This document shows, piece by piece, positions 47,841 through 57,691 of a stretch of 64,000 bases of DNA. The stretch spans positions 44,676 through 108,675 of the forward strand of contig JBBRLJ010000017.1 in assembly GCA_038231435.1 (NCBI GenBank). Direction: 5' to 3'. The notes under the pieces are model-generated. The model made no database searches and was not told the origin of the DNA. It saw only the letters and a program-made list of their open reading frames with translations. How positions within the stretch are numbered: the first letter of the stretch is position 1; every line of letters begins with the position of its first letter. The position numbers were made by a program, and so were the translations under genes. This DNA is from Planctomycetota bacterium. GTDB lineage: Bacteria > Planctomycetota > UBA11346.

Positions 47841-50800
47841 ATGCGTTTCAATCCGATCGCCCGCGAATTGGTCTGCAAAGTGGTCTACTACGGCCCCGGA
47901 CTCGCCGGCAAGACCACCAACATGCAGGTGGTGCACGATCGCGTGCCGCCGCAGCAGGTCACCGAGCTGGTCAGCGTCGACACCCATTCCGAGCGCACGC
48001 TGCACTTCGACTGGCTCGCGCTCGATGTCGGCCAGGTCCAGGGCGTCAACGTGCGCTTCGAGATCTTCACCGTGCCCGGGCAGAATTATTACGCCGCGAC
48101 CCGCCGGCAGGTCCTGCAAGGCGCCGACGGCGTGGTGTTCATCGCCGACAGCCGCCGCGAGGCGCTCGACGAGAACATCGATTCGATGAACGAGATGCTG
48201 AACAACCTCAGGCACCACGGCCTGCCCGAGGACCTGCCGGTGGTGATGCAGTACAACAAGCAGGACCTGCCGAGCGCGCTGCGCCGCGAGCAGCTCGAGC
48301 CGCTGATGAACGTGCGCGCCTGGCCGAGCTTCGCCGCCACCGCCACCGCCGGCGACGGAGTGATGGAGACCGCGCACGCGATCTCGTCGCTGGTCGCCGA
48401 GCGCGCCACGCGCCTGGGCTCGCCGGTGCCCAGCGACGTCGCCCAGCAGAGCCAGCAGCCGGTTCCCGGCCAGAGCTGGCTGATCTCGTGCTACCGCTGC
48501 CAGACCATCCTCGAGGTCCCCAACGCCAACATCGGCTCGGTCTACACCTGCGGTGTATGCGGTTCGACGCTCGAGGTCACCGACACCGAGCGCGGCCTGA
48601 CCCGGGCGCCCTCGGCGAGCCAGGATGACAGCGGCGGCTACGCCCTGCAGAGCGCGTCGCAGTCGCCCGATGCGGGCACCAGCGCGCTCTCGGGCTCGCG
48701 CACCCAGCCGATCGAGCGCCAGGTGGCGCTCGCCGACGGCCCGGGTTTCGACCTCGAGGGCTACGACGTGGTCGCGACGCTCGACGAATCCGTTCAGGGC
48801 CGCCGCGTCCGCGTGCGCGAACGCGCCACCGGGCGCACGCTGCGCGCCTTCACCGTCTCGCCGCAGTTGATGCGCCAGCCCGGTTACCGCGACAACCTCG
48901 AGCCGTACGTGCGCATGGCCGGCCCGATCAAGCATCCCAACGCGCTGCCGCTCGCGAACCTGAGGCCGACCCACGACAGCGCCGTGCTCTTGAGCATCGA
49001 TCCGCCGGATCATGAGCCGCTCGCGCACGTGCTCGCGCGCCGCCGCGCGCTCGCGCCGCCGCACGCCATGGGCCTGTTGCGCCAGCTCGCGCTCGCGCTC
49101 GAGGAAGCCGCGCGGCATGGCGTCGTCCACGGCTGGCTGCGCCCCGACGTGGTGCTGGTCAGTCCCGACGGCAATGCGCTGCTCGACGAGCTGTGCCTGC
49201 CGAAGAACCACCGCTTCCTGGTGCGCGAGCTCTCCGGAGCCAGCGCCGCCACCGAATACTACCTGGCGCCCGAGCATCTCGGCGACGACTCGCGCAGCGA
49301 CCTGCGCTCGGACATCTTCGCGCTCGGCGCGCTGCTGTTCCGCATGATCACTGGCGAGGGTCTGGTCACCGGCTACAGCGCGCACGAGGCGCTGCACAAG
49401 GTGGTGGCCAACGGTCCGCGGCCGCTGCGTTCGACCCAGGCCGGCGTCAGCCGCGACCTGGACCTGTTCTATCAGCGGCTGGTGGCCGCCGAGCGCAAGG
49501 ACCGCTTCCAGAACTACCGCGAGGTCATCGACGCGCTCGACAAGTTCGGCGGCGGCGCCAAGCGGCAGACGCTGCGCCTGACCGGCACCGTGGCCAATAC
49601 CGGCACCGGTCGCGCGGGCCGCTCCACCGCCAACGCGCACATCGCTCGCCGCGCCACCGGCGGCTCGGGCAACTATGCCGGACGCCCGCGCTCGGGCGGC
49701 GGCACCGGCCCAGCCACCGGCTCCATCCGCAAGAAGGACGACAGCGGCGTGGTGATGGCGGTGGTGGTGGTGTGCGTGCTGCTCGCGGTCGCGCTGATCG
49801 CGGTGATGGTGATGAACCAGTCGCACTCGTCGGGCTACACCGGGCAGAGCCAGGCCGAGAGCCCGAAATCCAAGTTCGATCCGCCAACCGTCACGCGTCC
49901 GATCTCGAGCCCGCCGGCGGGATTCACCGGCGGCACCACGACCGGCGCCACGGCCGGAACGTCCGGTACGCCGCGCGCGGCAGTCACCACCGCGACCGGC
50001 GGGGCAACTGGCGGAGGGACTGGAGGCGAGGCGCCCGCGCCGCTCACCGCGGCCCAGCGCAGCGACCTGCTGCACCAGATCGCCGACATGCGCACCGAGG
50101 AGCGCTACCAGGCCGCGATCGGTCTGGCGGCGAAGTTCGATTCGGCCGAGGACCGCGACGCGCTGCCCAAGGCGATCCTCGCCCAACGCGACCTGCGCAA
50201 GAAGGACATCGAAGCCGCGGTGGTGAACAGCGTGGATCTCGAGCTGATCAAGAAGCTCGTGCAGCCCGCCCAGTCGACCTGGGGCCTGCCCGGCGACGCG
50301 GATTGGGCGAACAAGCTGGTGACCACCGCCGCGGCGCGCATCGCCGCGGCCACGCCGGAAGTCGGCCCCATCGGCGAAGTGCCGAAGCCCGTCCCGGTCG
50401 AGGTCTCGCCGATCACCGGTCGCCCGCTCGCGGTGCAGCCGGCAGTCGTTCCGCCGGTGACTCCGCCCGTCGCCACGCCGAACGCCACGCCGGCTTCGAC
50501 CCAGCCGGCCTCGCCAGCAACGACTCTGAGCGATCCGGCTGCCCAGTCGCTGATCCTGGTCGACCAGGCGCTGCTCGCCTACGCACCGATCGCGGCGCAG
50601 CAGGCGATCACCCCGCTCGACGCCCAGTCGGGCGAGGCGCGCGCGCTCAAGCACGAGATCGACTGGTGGAACCGCCGCATGCCGCTGCTGAATCGCGCGG
50701 CGCAATCCGGCAAGGTGAAGATGCGCATGCCGCATCCGACCACCGGCGAGATGTGGGACGTGCTCGGCGGCGACGCCACCAATGTCGATGTCTCGAATCC

Positions 50801-52160
50801 GGGCGGCAGCAAGTCGACCCTGCCGTGGACGCAGTTCGCTCCCAAGGACATCGCCAAAGTCTTCCAGGAAGCGGCCAACCTGCCTGACGTCACCGGCGAG
50901 GAGAACGCCACCGCGGCGATCATGCTGATGCTCGCGGGCGACCAGACCCAGGCCAGCCTGCAGATCCGCAAAGCCAAGCCGACCATCGACGCCGATCTCG
51001 GCGCCGACCTCGACACGCTGATGGGCCTGCACCGCCGCCGCGACCTGGTGGACGTGCTGGCCAAGGGCAGCGACGCGCTGAAATCGGGCAATGCCAAGGG
51101 CATCGCCGACGCGCTCGCCGAGCTGCGCAAGGCCGACAAGCCGACGCAGGCCGCGCTGGCGTCGCAGATCGCCAAGCTCGATGAAGCGCAGCAGAAGCTC
51201 GCCGTGGCCAAACCGGCGACGCCCGCGGGCACTCCGGCGGTGACGCAGGGCAAGGACAAGGTGACCTTCGACGGCCTCGATGACCTCACCGCGTTCCCGG
51301 ACACCGAGGGCAAGTGGCAGGTCAACGGCGGCGCGATCACCAACCAGGTCGACGCCTCGCGCCTGGCGCGCCACGATCTCGGCAACGCCAAATCGGTCTC
51401 GCTGCGCTTCCAGACCGCGGTGCTCAAGGGCACGCTGACCGTCGAGTTCCGCGGCGCCAAGGTGGCGCTCGACCTCGCCGCCAGCACCTACACGCCCAGC
51501 GGCAAGACCGCGGGGCGCCCGAAGGGCTTCGCGATCATCCCCAAGCTGCCGTACACGCTGCTGCTCGAGCGCAAGGACGACACCCGCACCACGCTGCAGT
51601 TCAACAACGGCGTCGAGAGCGCCGACATATCGGTCGGCGATCTCAGCGACTCGCTGACCATCACCACCGACGGCGGCGCGACCGTTGCAATCGACGAGGT
51701 CGAGGTCTTCCGCGATTCGAAGGGCTCGACCATGGCCGAGATGCGCAACGCGCTCAAGGTCACCGGCTGGGAGCCGATCGGCGGCGCCTACCTGCAGGCG
51801 CCCTCGATCATCCTGCCGTCGAGCCCCGGCACCTCGAGCGGCATCGCCACGCCGCTGCGCGACAACGTCTCTGGCTACAACTTCGAGGTCAAGGGCACCG
51901 GCGTGCTGCGCATCCAGCTCGGCCGCCTGTCCGACAAGGACGCGAAGTGGCTGCAGCTCGATGTCGAGCTGCCCAAGAATGCGCTGGAGGTCATGCCGCT
52001 GACGGTGCGCTGGACCGACAAGGGCATCGCCGTGTACGACGCCAAGGGCAACGAGAAGGTCAGCGCGGCGATCGCGGAGCGCTACACGCATCTGATGATC
52101 CTGGCGTTGAACCAGGCGACGCTCGTGAACGCGCCGAAGATCGAATACAAGGCGCCTTAG
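47841..52160 (+). CDS. MglA-like GTPase / Zn ribbon / Ser-Thr pseudokinase / TM / large extracytoplasmic domain fusion protein
   Basis: KVVYYGPGLAGKTTN, RTLHFD, TVPGQ, NKQD; CYRC..CGVC; kinase fold with APE and SDIFALG but HGW in place of HRD; TM near 49746-49815; GGAG RBS. Confidence 0.88.
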   Translation: MRFNPIARELVCKVVYYGPGLAGKTTNMQVVHDRVPPQQVTELVSVDTHSERTLHFDWLALDVGQVQGVNVRFEIFTVPGQNYYAATRRQVLQGADGVVFIADSRREALDENIDSMNEMLNNLRHHGLPEDLPVVMQYNKQDLPSALRREQLEPLMNVRAWPSFAATATAGDGVMETAHAISSLVAERATRLGSPVPSDVAQQSQQPVPGQSWLISCYRCQTILEVPNANIGSVYTCGVCGSTLEVTDTERGLTRAPSASQDDSGGYALQSASQSPDAGTSALSGSRTQPIERQVALADGPGFDLEGYDVVATLDESVQGRRVRVRERATGRTLRAFTVSPQLMRQPGYRDNLEPYVRMAGPIKHPNALPLANLRPTHDSAVLLSIDPPDHEPLAHVLARRRALAPPHAMGLLRQLALALEEAARHGVVHGWLRPDVVLVSPDGNALLDELCLPKNHRFLVRELSGASAATEYYLAPEHLGDDSRSDLRSDIFALGALLFRMITGEGLVTGYSAHEALHKVVANGPRPLRSTQAGVSRDLDLFYQRLVAAERKDRFQNYREVIDALDKFGGGAKRQTLRLTGTVANTGTGRAGRSTANAHIARRATGGSGNYAGRPRSGGGTGPATGSIRKKDDSGVVMAVVVVCVLLAVALIAVMVMNQSHSSGYTGQSQAESPKSKFDPPTVTRPISSPPAGFTGGTTTGATAGTSGTPRAAVTTATGGATGGGTGGEAPAPLTAAQRSDLLHQIADMRTEERYQAAIGLAAKFDSAEDRDALPKAILAQRDLRKKDIEAAVVNSVDLELIKKLVQPAQSTWGLPGDADWANKLVTTAAARIAAATPEVGPIGEVPKPVPVEVSPITGRPLAVQPAVVPPVTPPVATPNATPASTQPASPATTLSDPAAQSLILVDQALLAYAPIAAQQAITPLDAQSGEARALKHEIDWWNRRMPLLNRAAQSGKVKMRMPHPTTGEMWDVLGGDATNVDVSNPGGSKSTLPWTQFAPKDIAKVFQEAANLPDVTGEENATAAIMLMLAGDQTQASLQIRKAKPTIDADLGADLDTLMGLHRRRDLVDVLAKGSDALKSGNAKGIADALAELRKADKPTQAALASQIAKLDEAQQKLAVAKPATPAGTPAVTQGKDKVTFDGLDDLTAFPDTEGKWQVNGGAITNQVDASRLARHDLGNAKSVSLRFQTAVLKGTLTVEFRGAKVALDLAASTYTPSGKTAGRPKGFAIIPKLPYTLLLERKDDTRTTLQFNNGVESADISVGDLSDSLTITTDGGATVAIDEVEVFRDSKGSTMAEMRNALKVTGWEPIGGAYLQAPSIILPSSPGTSSGIATPLRDNVSGYNFEVKGTGVLRIQLGRLSDKDAKWLQLDVELPKNALEVMPLTVRWTDKGIAVYDAKGNEKVSAAIAERYTHLMILALNQATLVNAPKIEYKAP

Positions 52161-52644
52161 ACTTCACGCGGCGCGCTCGGCCTGCGGCCTCGCTCCTTCG
52201 CTGCGCGAAGCCCGGCTGCGCCGGGGCGCCGCTTATCATCAGACGGGGGGTCGAGGACCCCCCGTCAACGCGCCTGTCGGCGCTGCTGCCTGGACTTCAC
52301 GCGCCACGCTCCGCCCTGCGGGCGTAGCCTCCCGCTGCGCGGGAGCGCCGGCTGCGCCGGCGGTGGCGCTATCTTCAGGCAAGGGGTCTTCGACCCCCCG
52401 TCAACGCGCCTGTCGGCGCTGCCCCCTTCGTGCTGGCTGACGTGTGCGGGGTTCCGGCTACGGCTCCCGCCTCCGCCTGCGTCGCGAGTTCACGCGGCGC
52501 GCTCGGCCTGCGGCCTCGCTCCTTCGCTGCGCGAAGCCCGGCTGCGCCGGGGCGCCGCTGGGATCTTCAGCGCCACCGCCGGCTCCGCCGGCGTTCCTGC
52601 ACAGCGGGAGGCTACGCCCGCAGGGCGGAGCGTGGCTCGTGAAG
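52161..52644. repeat. Mosaic of triple-hairpin repeats (family C)
   Basis: 52163-52233 is identical to 52489-52559 (71 bp); variant 52294-52370 is inverted at 52569-52644; CCCCCCGTCAACGCGCCTGTCGGCGCTGC at 52258 and 52394. Confidence 0.88.
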
Positions 52645-52746
52645 CCTTTGCAACATTACCGAAATTGGTCTTGATGACGTGTTCCGCGAGCTTCATCTCG
52701 GCGTCGGAACGTCGGTCCATACACCTCGAACGGTAGAACCACACTG

Positions 52747-54075
52747 ATGCCTGAAACAGCGCGCTCGAAGACCTTTGTCGTCGATACCAACGTCCTGCTG
52801 CACAACCCGAACGCGCTCTTCGCCTTCACCGACAACCACGTGGTCATACCCATGATGGTGCTGGAAGAGCTCGACAAGTTCAAGACCGCGAACAACGAGC
52901 TCGGGCAGAATGCGCGCGAGTGCGCGCGGTCGCTCGACAAGCTGCGTGCGAAGGGGAGCCTGCGCGAAGGCGTGACCACGCCGCAGGGCGGGATCATCCA
53001 GGTGCTGCTGCGACACGACGAGATCGCCGGGATGCTGCCCGGGGTCAACGACAACCGCATCCTCGGCTGCGCGCACCTGCTCAAGCGCGAAGGGCACAAC
53101 GTGTTCTTCGTCTCGAAGGACATCAACGCGCGCATCAAGTCGGACGCGCTCGGGATCCCGAGCGAGGATTTCAAGAACCAGAAGGTCAATGCCGACGAGC
53201 TCTACACCGGTTGGGTCACCGTTACCGCGCCGAGCGAGACCGTCGACGCGCTTGCGGTCGACGAGGAGTTCTCGATCGACGGGCTGTTCGAGGCCGAGGA
53301 CGCGCCGTTGATGGCGAACCAGTTCATCGTGGTGAAGGACGAGGCCGACGAGGACCGCTACATCATCGGCATGTGGGATCCTGAGACCAAGAAGGCCAAG
53401 CGCATCGACGACGAGCAGCCCGAATTGTTCGGCGTCAGCCCTCGCAGCCCCGAGCAGCGCATGGCCTTCGCGCTGCTGCTGGACGACCGCATCAAGCTGG
53501 TGTCGCTGGTCGGCTCGGCCGGCACCGGCAAGACCCTGCTCGCGCTGGCGTGCGGCCTGTCGAAGGTCATCCATGACGACGTGACCTTCAAGAAGCTGCT
53601 GGTCAGCCGCCCGATCATGCCGATGGGCCAGGACATCGGCTACCTGCCGGGTTCGAAGGACGAGAAGCTCGCCCACTGGATGGGCCCGATCTTCGACAAT
53701 CTGCATTTTCTGCTCGCCGGCGAGGAGCGCGATCCCGACGATGTGATCCGCCGCCTGATCGAGGAGGAGTCGATCACCCTCGAGGCCCTCACCTACATCC
53801 GCGGCCGCTCGATCAGCAAGCAGTACGCGATCGTCGACGAGGCGCAGAACCTGACGCCGCACGAGATCAAGACCATCATCTCGCGCGCCGGCCAGGACAC
53901 CAAGATCGTACTCACTGGCGACCCGCATCAGATCGACAATCCGTATCTCGACAGCAATTCGAACGGATTGACGTTCGTGGTGGAGCGGATGAGGGGGCAG
54001 CCACTCGCCGGGCATGTGACGTTGACCAAGAGCGAGCGCAGCGAGCTCGCGGGAATCGCGGCGACGTTGCTCTGA
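52747..54075 (+). CDS. PIN domain + PhoH ATPase (PhoH2/YlaK type)
   Basis: VVDTNVLLH, VLEELDKFK, NDNRIL, GSAGTGKT, IGYLPG, YIRGRS, DEAQN, GDPHQID. Confidence 0.94.
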   Translation: MPETARSKTFVVDTNVLLHNPNALFAFTDNHVVIPMMVLEELDKFKTANNELGQNARECARSLDKLRAKGSLREGVTTPQGGIIQVLLRHDEIAGMLPGVNDNRILGCAHLLKREGHNVFFVSKDINARIKSDALGIPSEDFKNQKVNADELYTGWVTVTAPSETVDALAVDEEFSIDGLFEAEDAPLMANQFIVVKDEADEDRYIIGMWDPETKKAKRIDDEQPELFGVSPRSPEQRMAFALLLDDRIKLVSLVGSAGTGKTLLALACGLSKVIHDDVTFKKLLVSRPIMPMGQDIGYLPGSKDEKLAHWMGPIFDNLHFLLAGEERDPDDVIRRLIEEESITLEALTYIRGRSISKQYAIVDEAQNLTPHEIKTIISRAGQDTKIVLTGDPHQIDNPYLDSNSNGLTFVVERMRGQPLAGHVTLTKSERSELAGIAATLL

Positions 54076-54082
54076 ACAGCCG

Positions 54083-54203
54083 GAGAGGCTGTGAGGTTGT
54101 GAGGCTATGAGGCTGTGAGGCTCGAAGGGGGCACGATCAACCCGTCGCAGAACGGCCCGTGCACGCCATGTGGATGTCGAACCTCACCGCCTCCAAGCCT
54201 CTC
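54083..54203 (+). repeat. Octamer-armed (GAGGCTGT)n inverted-repeat element, copy 1
   Basis: Five GAGGYTNN units, a roughly 55-bp core, then CCTC-containing complementary units; paralogous to 58754-58880. Confidence 0.8.
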
Positions 54204-54240
54204 CTGACCGTTTCTCCCGAGTAGAACAAGGAGATCGGGA

Positions 54241-55026
54241 TCATGGCCCCATCACGTGCCCGGAGAACTGCCCGAGCACTCCCATCGCCACCGCGAGAAT
54301 CACCGCCCCGGCCATCGACAGCAGCGCCGCCGCGAGGATGTGGCCGAGCATGCGCGCGTGCGACGCGGCGGCGTCGCGATGATGATCCGCAAGGCGCAGG
54401 CAATGCTCCTCGGCATCGGCCTTGCCGAGCGCGGGTGCGAGGCGCGCGAGATCCGCTCCGAGCAGCGTGGCGATCTCGGCCTCGGTCATGCGCCAGCGCA
54501 CGGCGAGCGCGGCGCGCGCGTAGAGCGAGGCGCGGCGGAGGTGGTACGACCAGGTGCCCAGGATGGTGACGCGGCTGGCGATGGCCTCGCCGCACCAGGG
54601 CAGGATCAGCGCCGAACTGATGACGATGGCGCCGGGCACGGCGGCGGCCAACCATGGCCAGGCGACGGTCGGATGCAGGGTGCGGACGACGATGGTCGCG
54701 GCGATCAGCACGATCGTGCTGCTGAGCAGGGGCTGGGCGAGGTGGTCTCTCCAGGTGCCGCGCCTGAGGCGGCGGTCCTCGAGCTCGTCGGCGGCGAGCA
54801 GCGCGGCGCGCTCCAGCGGCGGGCGGGGGCCGACGAGCAGATGCCGCACATGGCTCGGCGCGATGCCGGCAAGGGCCTGCGCCACGGTCTCGCCGCGCGC
54901 GAGCGCGGCGGCCACCGTTGCGGCGCCGGGAGTGGAGTCGGCGCCCAGGGTGGTGATGAGATCCTCGCGCCGCGCGGCGCTCTCGCCGATCAGGCGCAGC
55001 AGGGCGATCAGGTCAGCGTCGCGCAT
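54241..55026 (-). CDS. Divergent GspF/PilC-like membrane protein (short)
   Basis: ALARGETVAQALAG helical domain, HLAQPLL + TM, second domain and terminal TM; adjacent to a GspE-like gene. Confidence 0.55.
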   Translation of the reverse strand: MRDADLIALLRLIGESAARREDLITTLGADSTPGAATVAAALARGETVAQALAGIAPSHVRHLLVGPRPPLERAALLAADELEDRRLRRGTWRDHLAQPLLSSTIVLIAATIVVRTLHPTVAWPWLAAAVPGAIVISSALILPWCGEAIASRVTILGTWSYHLRRASLYARAALAVRWRMTEAEIATLLGADLARLAPALGKADAEEHCLRLADHHRDAAASHARMLGHILAAALLSMAGAVILAVAMGVLGQFSGHVMGP

Positions 55027-57388
55027 CGGCGGCCTCCTGGACTCCAGCGCTGGATTCGCGGCGGTCGCTGGCGGGCGGTGCCGCTGCATCGGACACGGGC
55101 GCCGACGGAGATCCCGGCTGGGAGTCTGCCGCTGGGATGTTTCCTGATGTGGTAGCAGAGGTTGTCGCGGAACTTCCGGCCGAATTCGGAACCGGGCTGA
55201 GGATGGAGGCGGGGACGAAGTCAGGCACCTCGTCGCGGAGCGATCCCGCCTGGAGATTCATCCGCTTGAGGAACACGCCATGCACCTGGAACTGCACCAC
55301 GCCGATGATCAGCACCGGGATCGCCAGCAGCGCCGGGGCGGCGATCATGATCGCGGTGGTCAGCCAGGCGCGGTGGATGGCGCGGCGGCGTTCGCAGCGC
55401 TCGATCGCCAGGGCCAGGCCGGCGCGATCATCGGCCCGCCATCCGCAGGCGCGCATGATGCCGCGCAGATCGCCCGCCTCGCCCGCCTGCCGCAGCGCGC
55501 GTCGTGGCCATGCGAAGCTCGCCGCGAGCGCGCGCGCGATCTCGCTCTCGGGGATCCCCGACCACGCCGCGCGCGCGACCAGGCGTCCACGCGCGAGGCG
55601 GCGCGCGGCGTGCTGCCCCGGCAGCCAGCCGCTCATGTAGGCGCACCACGAGATGGCGACGGTCATGCCGACGATCGGGATGAACAGGATCGACCACGAC
55701 GGCGGTGACGCCGCCTTCATGGTCCGCAGCACCGCGCTCATCAGGGGCGGGATCTCACAGTGGTCGTACGTCATCATCCTTTCGTATTTCGGCAGCACGG
55801 CGACGAGCAGATAGACGGTCATGAACCCCACCATCGCGGCGGTGGCGAGCATGCCCGGCAGCGCCACCCGCCAGCGGCCGGAGCCGGGATCGCTCGCGCC
55901 GGCATGCTCCGCGCACCAGTCGGCGAGCGCTTCGCGCCCGAGCGATTCGGCGGCGAGCGCTTCGCGTTCGAGCCGGCCAGGGATCAGCCATTCGGCACGC
56001 AGCGCCGCGACCAGCGAGGGATCGCCGCCGTCGATGCGCTCGAGCGCGCGCGCGATGCGTCCAGGATACGGCATGGGCAGGGACATCGCCGAGGCGCTGA
56101 GCGCGCCCGAGACATCCTGGGCATGACGCAGCGCCTCGCCCAGGCGCGCGCAGATGATGCGTGTCGGCGCCATGCCGGGTAAGGCGAGGCGCACCAGCGT
56201 CCACAGGCCCTGCGCGATCATCACCGCGATCAGCGCCTGGGCGACGGCCAGCAGCGCGAATCCGGCCACCGCCATCACCGACGCACGCGATTCCTCGACG
56301 TGCAGCGGAATGAACAGGTCGCGCATCGACCAGTGGAAGCCCAGCTCCAGGGTGAGCGCGGCGAAGCAGCCGACCCCGGTCATGATCGCGGCCAGCCCCA
56401 GCAGCGGCAAGGCGCTAGCGACATCGCGACGGTGGCGCTCCTGGGCGAGAACCTCGGCGGCGTTCCAATCGCGTTCTCCGCCGGTCGTGATCGGCACCAT
56501 GCCCATCCCGTCGAGCGCGGTGGCGAGATCGCCGCCGGCCTCGCGCAGATACGCCTCTGGGTTGCCGCGGAACCAGCACAGCAGGCACCAGTCGCGCCAG
56601 TCGGCCATCCACGCGGGCGTGCCGGGCGCGCGCGCGGCCAGGCGCAGGCGGCCGAGCCAGCGATCGATGCGCGTCGCCGGCGGGACATGGTCGGGCGCCG
56701 CGCGCGCGTGGCGCACCAGCGCGAACGCGAGCGCGCTGCGGTGCGCGTCGGGGCACCACGCGAGCCTGAGCGTGCGCGCCCCGCGGACGCGCGGCAGCAG
56801 CCAGCACGCCGCTGCCAGCCCGCCCAGGACCAGCACGCTCGCCTCGCCCAGGCACAGTGCCAGCGATCCCGTGGCCGGCTCGGAACGCGGTGTGTCTGGG
56901 TAATCCCATTCCCACATGCGCATGGCGTAGGGCGAGACGATGGTGGCGCCGAAGGCGTGGTAGCGCTTGCCGCTCGCCGCCTCCACTGCGAGCACTAGCA
57001 GCAGGCTCGGGAGCAGCGCCACGCATCCAAGCCAGAACGGATACCAGCGGATCCACCGGTAGCCGCGCGCCGGCCCGCGCGCTTCCAGCGCGATCGCGGC
57101 GAGACGGCGCGACAACGCGAGGGCGTCGCCAGAAGATGAGATGCCCGCGTGAGCGGCCGCCAGCAGCGCGCACTCGTCGGCGCTCACCAGGCGCTGCGCG
57201 CGCAGGACCTGGTGCAGCGGTTCGCCCGCGCGCAACGGCGGCGCGAGTCGGTGCGCCCAGCCGCGCAGTTGCGCGTCGCCTGAGGCCAGGCCTTCCAGAC
57301 CGTCGGGGATGGATTCGCGGCCGGCGGCGAGCAGGGAGAGCGCCGTCAGGAGTTCGAAGCGCCGGGGGGACAGGAAGGGCCAGAACAC
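55013..57388 (-). CDS. Divergent, double-length GspF/PilC-like membrane protein
   Basis: Repeated T2SSF-like units (LRAGEPLHQVL; IDGGDPSLVAAL...AESLG; VAVLPKYERMM; AGEAGDL) each followed by TM segments; probable GTG start at 57388. Confidence 0.6.
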   Translation of the reverse strand: MFWPFLSPRRFELLTALSLLAAGRESIPDGLEGLASGDAQLRGWAHRLAPPLRAGEPLHQVLRAQRLVSADECALLAAAHAGISSSGDALALSRRLAAIALEARGPARGYRWIRWYPFWLGCVALLPSLLLVLAVEAASGKRYHAFGATIVSPYAMRMWEWDYPDTPRSEPATGSLALCLGEASVLVLGGLAAACWLLPRVRGARTLRLAWCPDAHRSALAFALVRHARAAPDHVPPATRIDRWLGRLRLAARAPGTPAWMADWRDWCLLCWFRGNPEAYLREAGGDLATALDGMGMVPITTGGERDWNAAEVLAQERHRRDVASALPLLGLAAIMTGVGCFAALTLELGFHWSMRDLFIPLHVEESRASVMAVAGFALLAVAQALIAVMIAQGLWTLVRLALPGMAPTRIICARLGEALRHAQDVSGALSASAMSLPMPYPGRIARALERIDGGDPSLVAALRAEWLIPGRLEREALAAESLGREALADWCAEHAGASDPGSGRWRVALPGMLATAAMVGFMTVYLLVAVLPKYERMMTYDHCEIPPLMSAVLRTMKAASPPSWSILFIPIVGMTVAISWCAYMSGWLPGQHAARRLARGRLVARAAWSGIPESEIARALAASFAWPRRALRQAGEAGDLRGIMRACGWRADDRAGLALAIERCERRRAIHRAWLTTAIMIAAPALLAIPVLIIGVVQFQVHGVFLKRMNLQAGSLRDEVPDFVPASILSPVPNSAGSSATTSATTSGNIPAADSQPGSPSAPVSDAAAPPASDRRESSAGVQEAADARR

Positions 57389-57397
57389 TGATGGCAG

Positions 57398-57645
57398 GAG
57401 AAGGGGAAGAGGGGAAGGAAGAAGGAAGAAGTGGAAGAAGTGGGAAAGAAGATGAATGAAAGGGGGAGGCGGGAGGCGTAAGAAGTAAGAAGTAAGAAGT
57501 TGGAAGCTGGAAGACGGGAGGGGCGGCGGAAGGCGGAGAGCGGATTGATGTACGGAGTGTGCTTCCCGGCGCCGGCCCGCTCGGCCAGATCCACCTGCTC
57601 CTCTTCTTCCTTCGATCTTGCCTCTTCCAACTTCCAACTTCCCAG
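57398..57645. repeat. Inverted 7-nt periodic purine/pyrimidine repeat element
   Basis: GAAGTAA GAAGTAA GAAGTTG GAAGCTG GAAG ... CTTCCAA CTTCCAA CTTCC between divergent genes; similar elements at 18284, 27544, 30842 and 40363. Confidence 0.7.
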
Positions 57646-57691
57646 CTGTTTTTTGCAGTGCATTCCTCATCCCACGGCAACGCTGACCACC

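Noticed and set aside
48755..49550. Active Ser/Thr protein kinase, or a Roco protein
   Set aside because: The catalytic Lys, HRD Asp and DFG are absent, the GTPase is MglA-type rather than Roc, and no COR domain or LRRs are seen.
47817..52091. 1424-aa antisense ORF and other long shadow ORFs (e.g. 38267-40300, 23333-25210, 45383-47074)
   Set aside because: They mirror well-supported genes on the opposite strand, as expected in high-GC DNA, and show no recognisable motifs.
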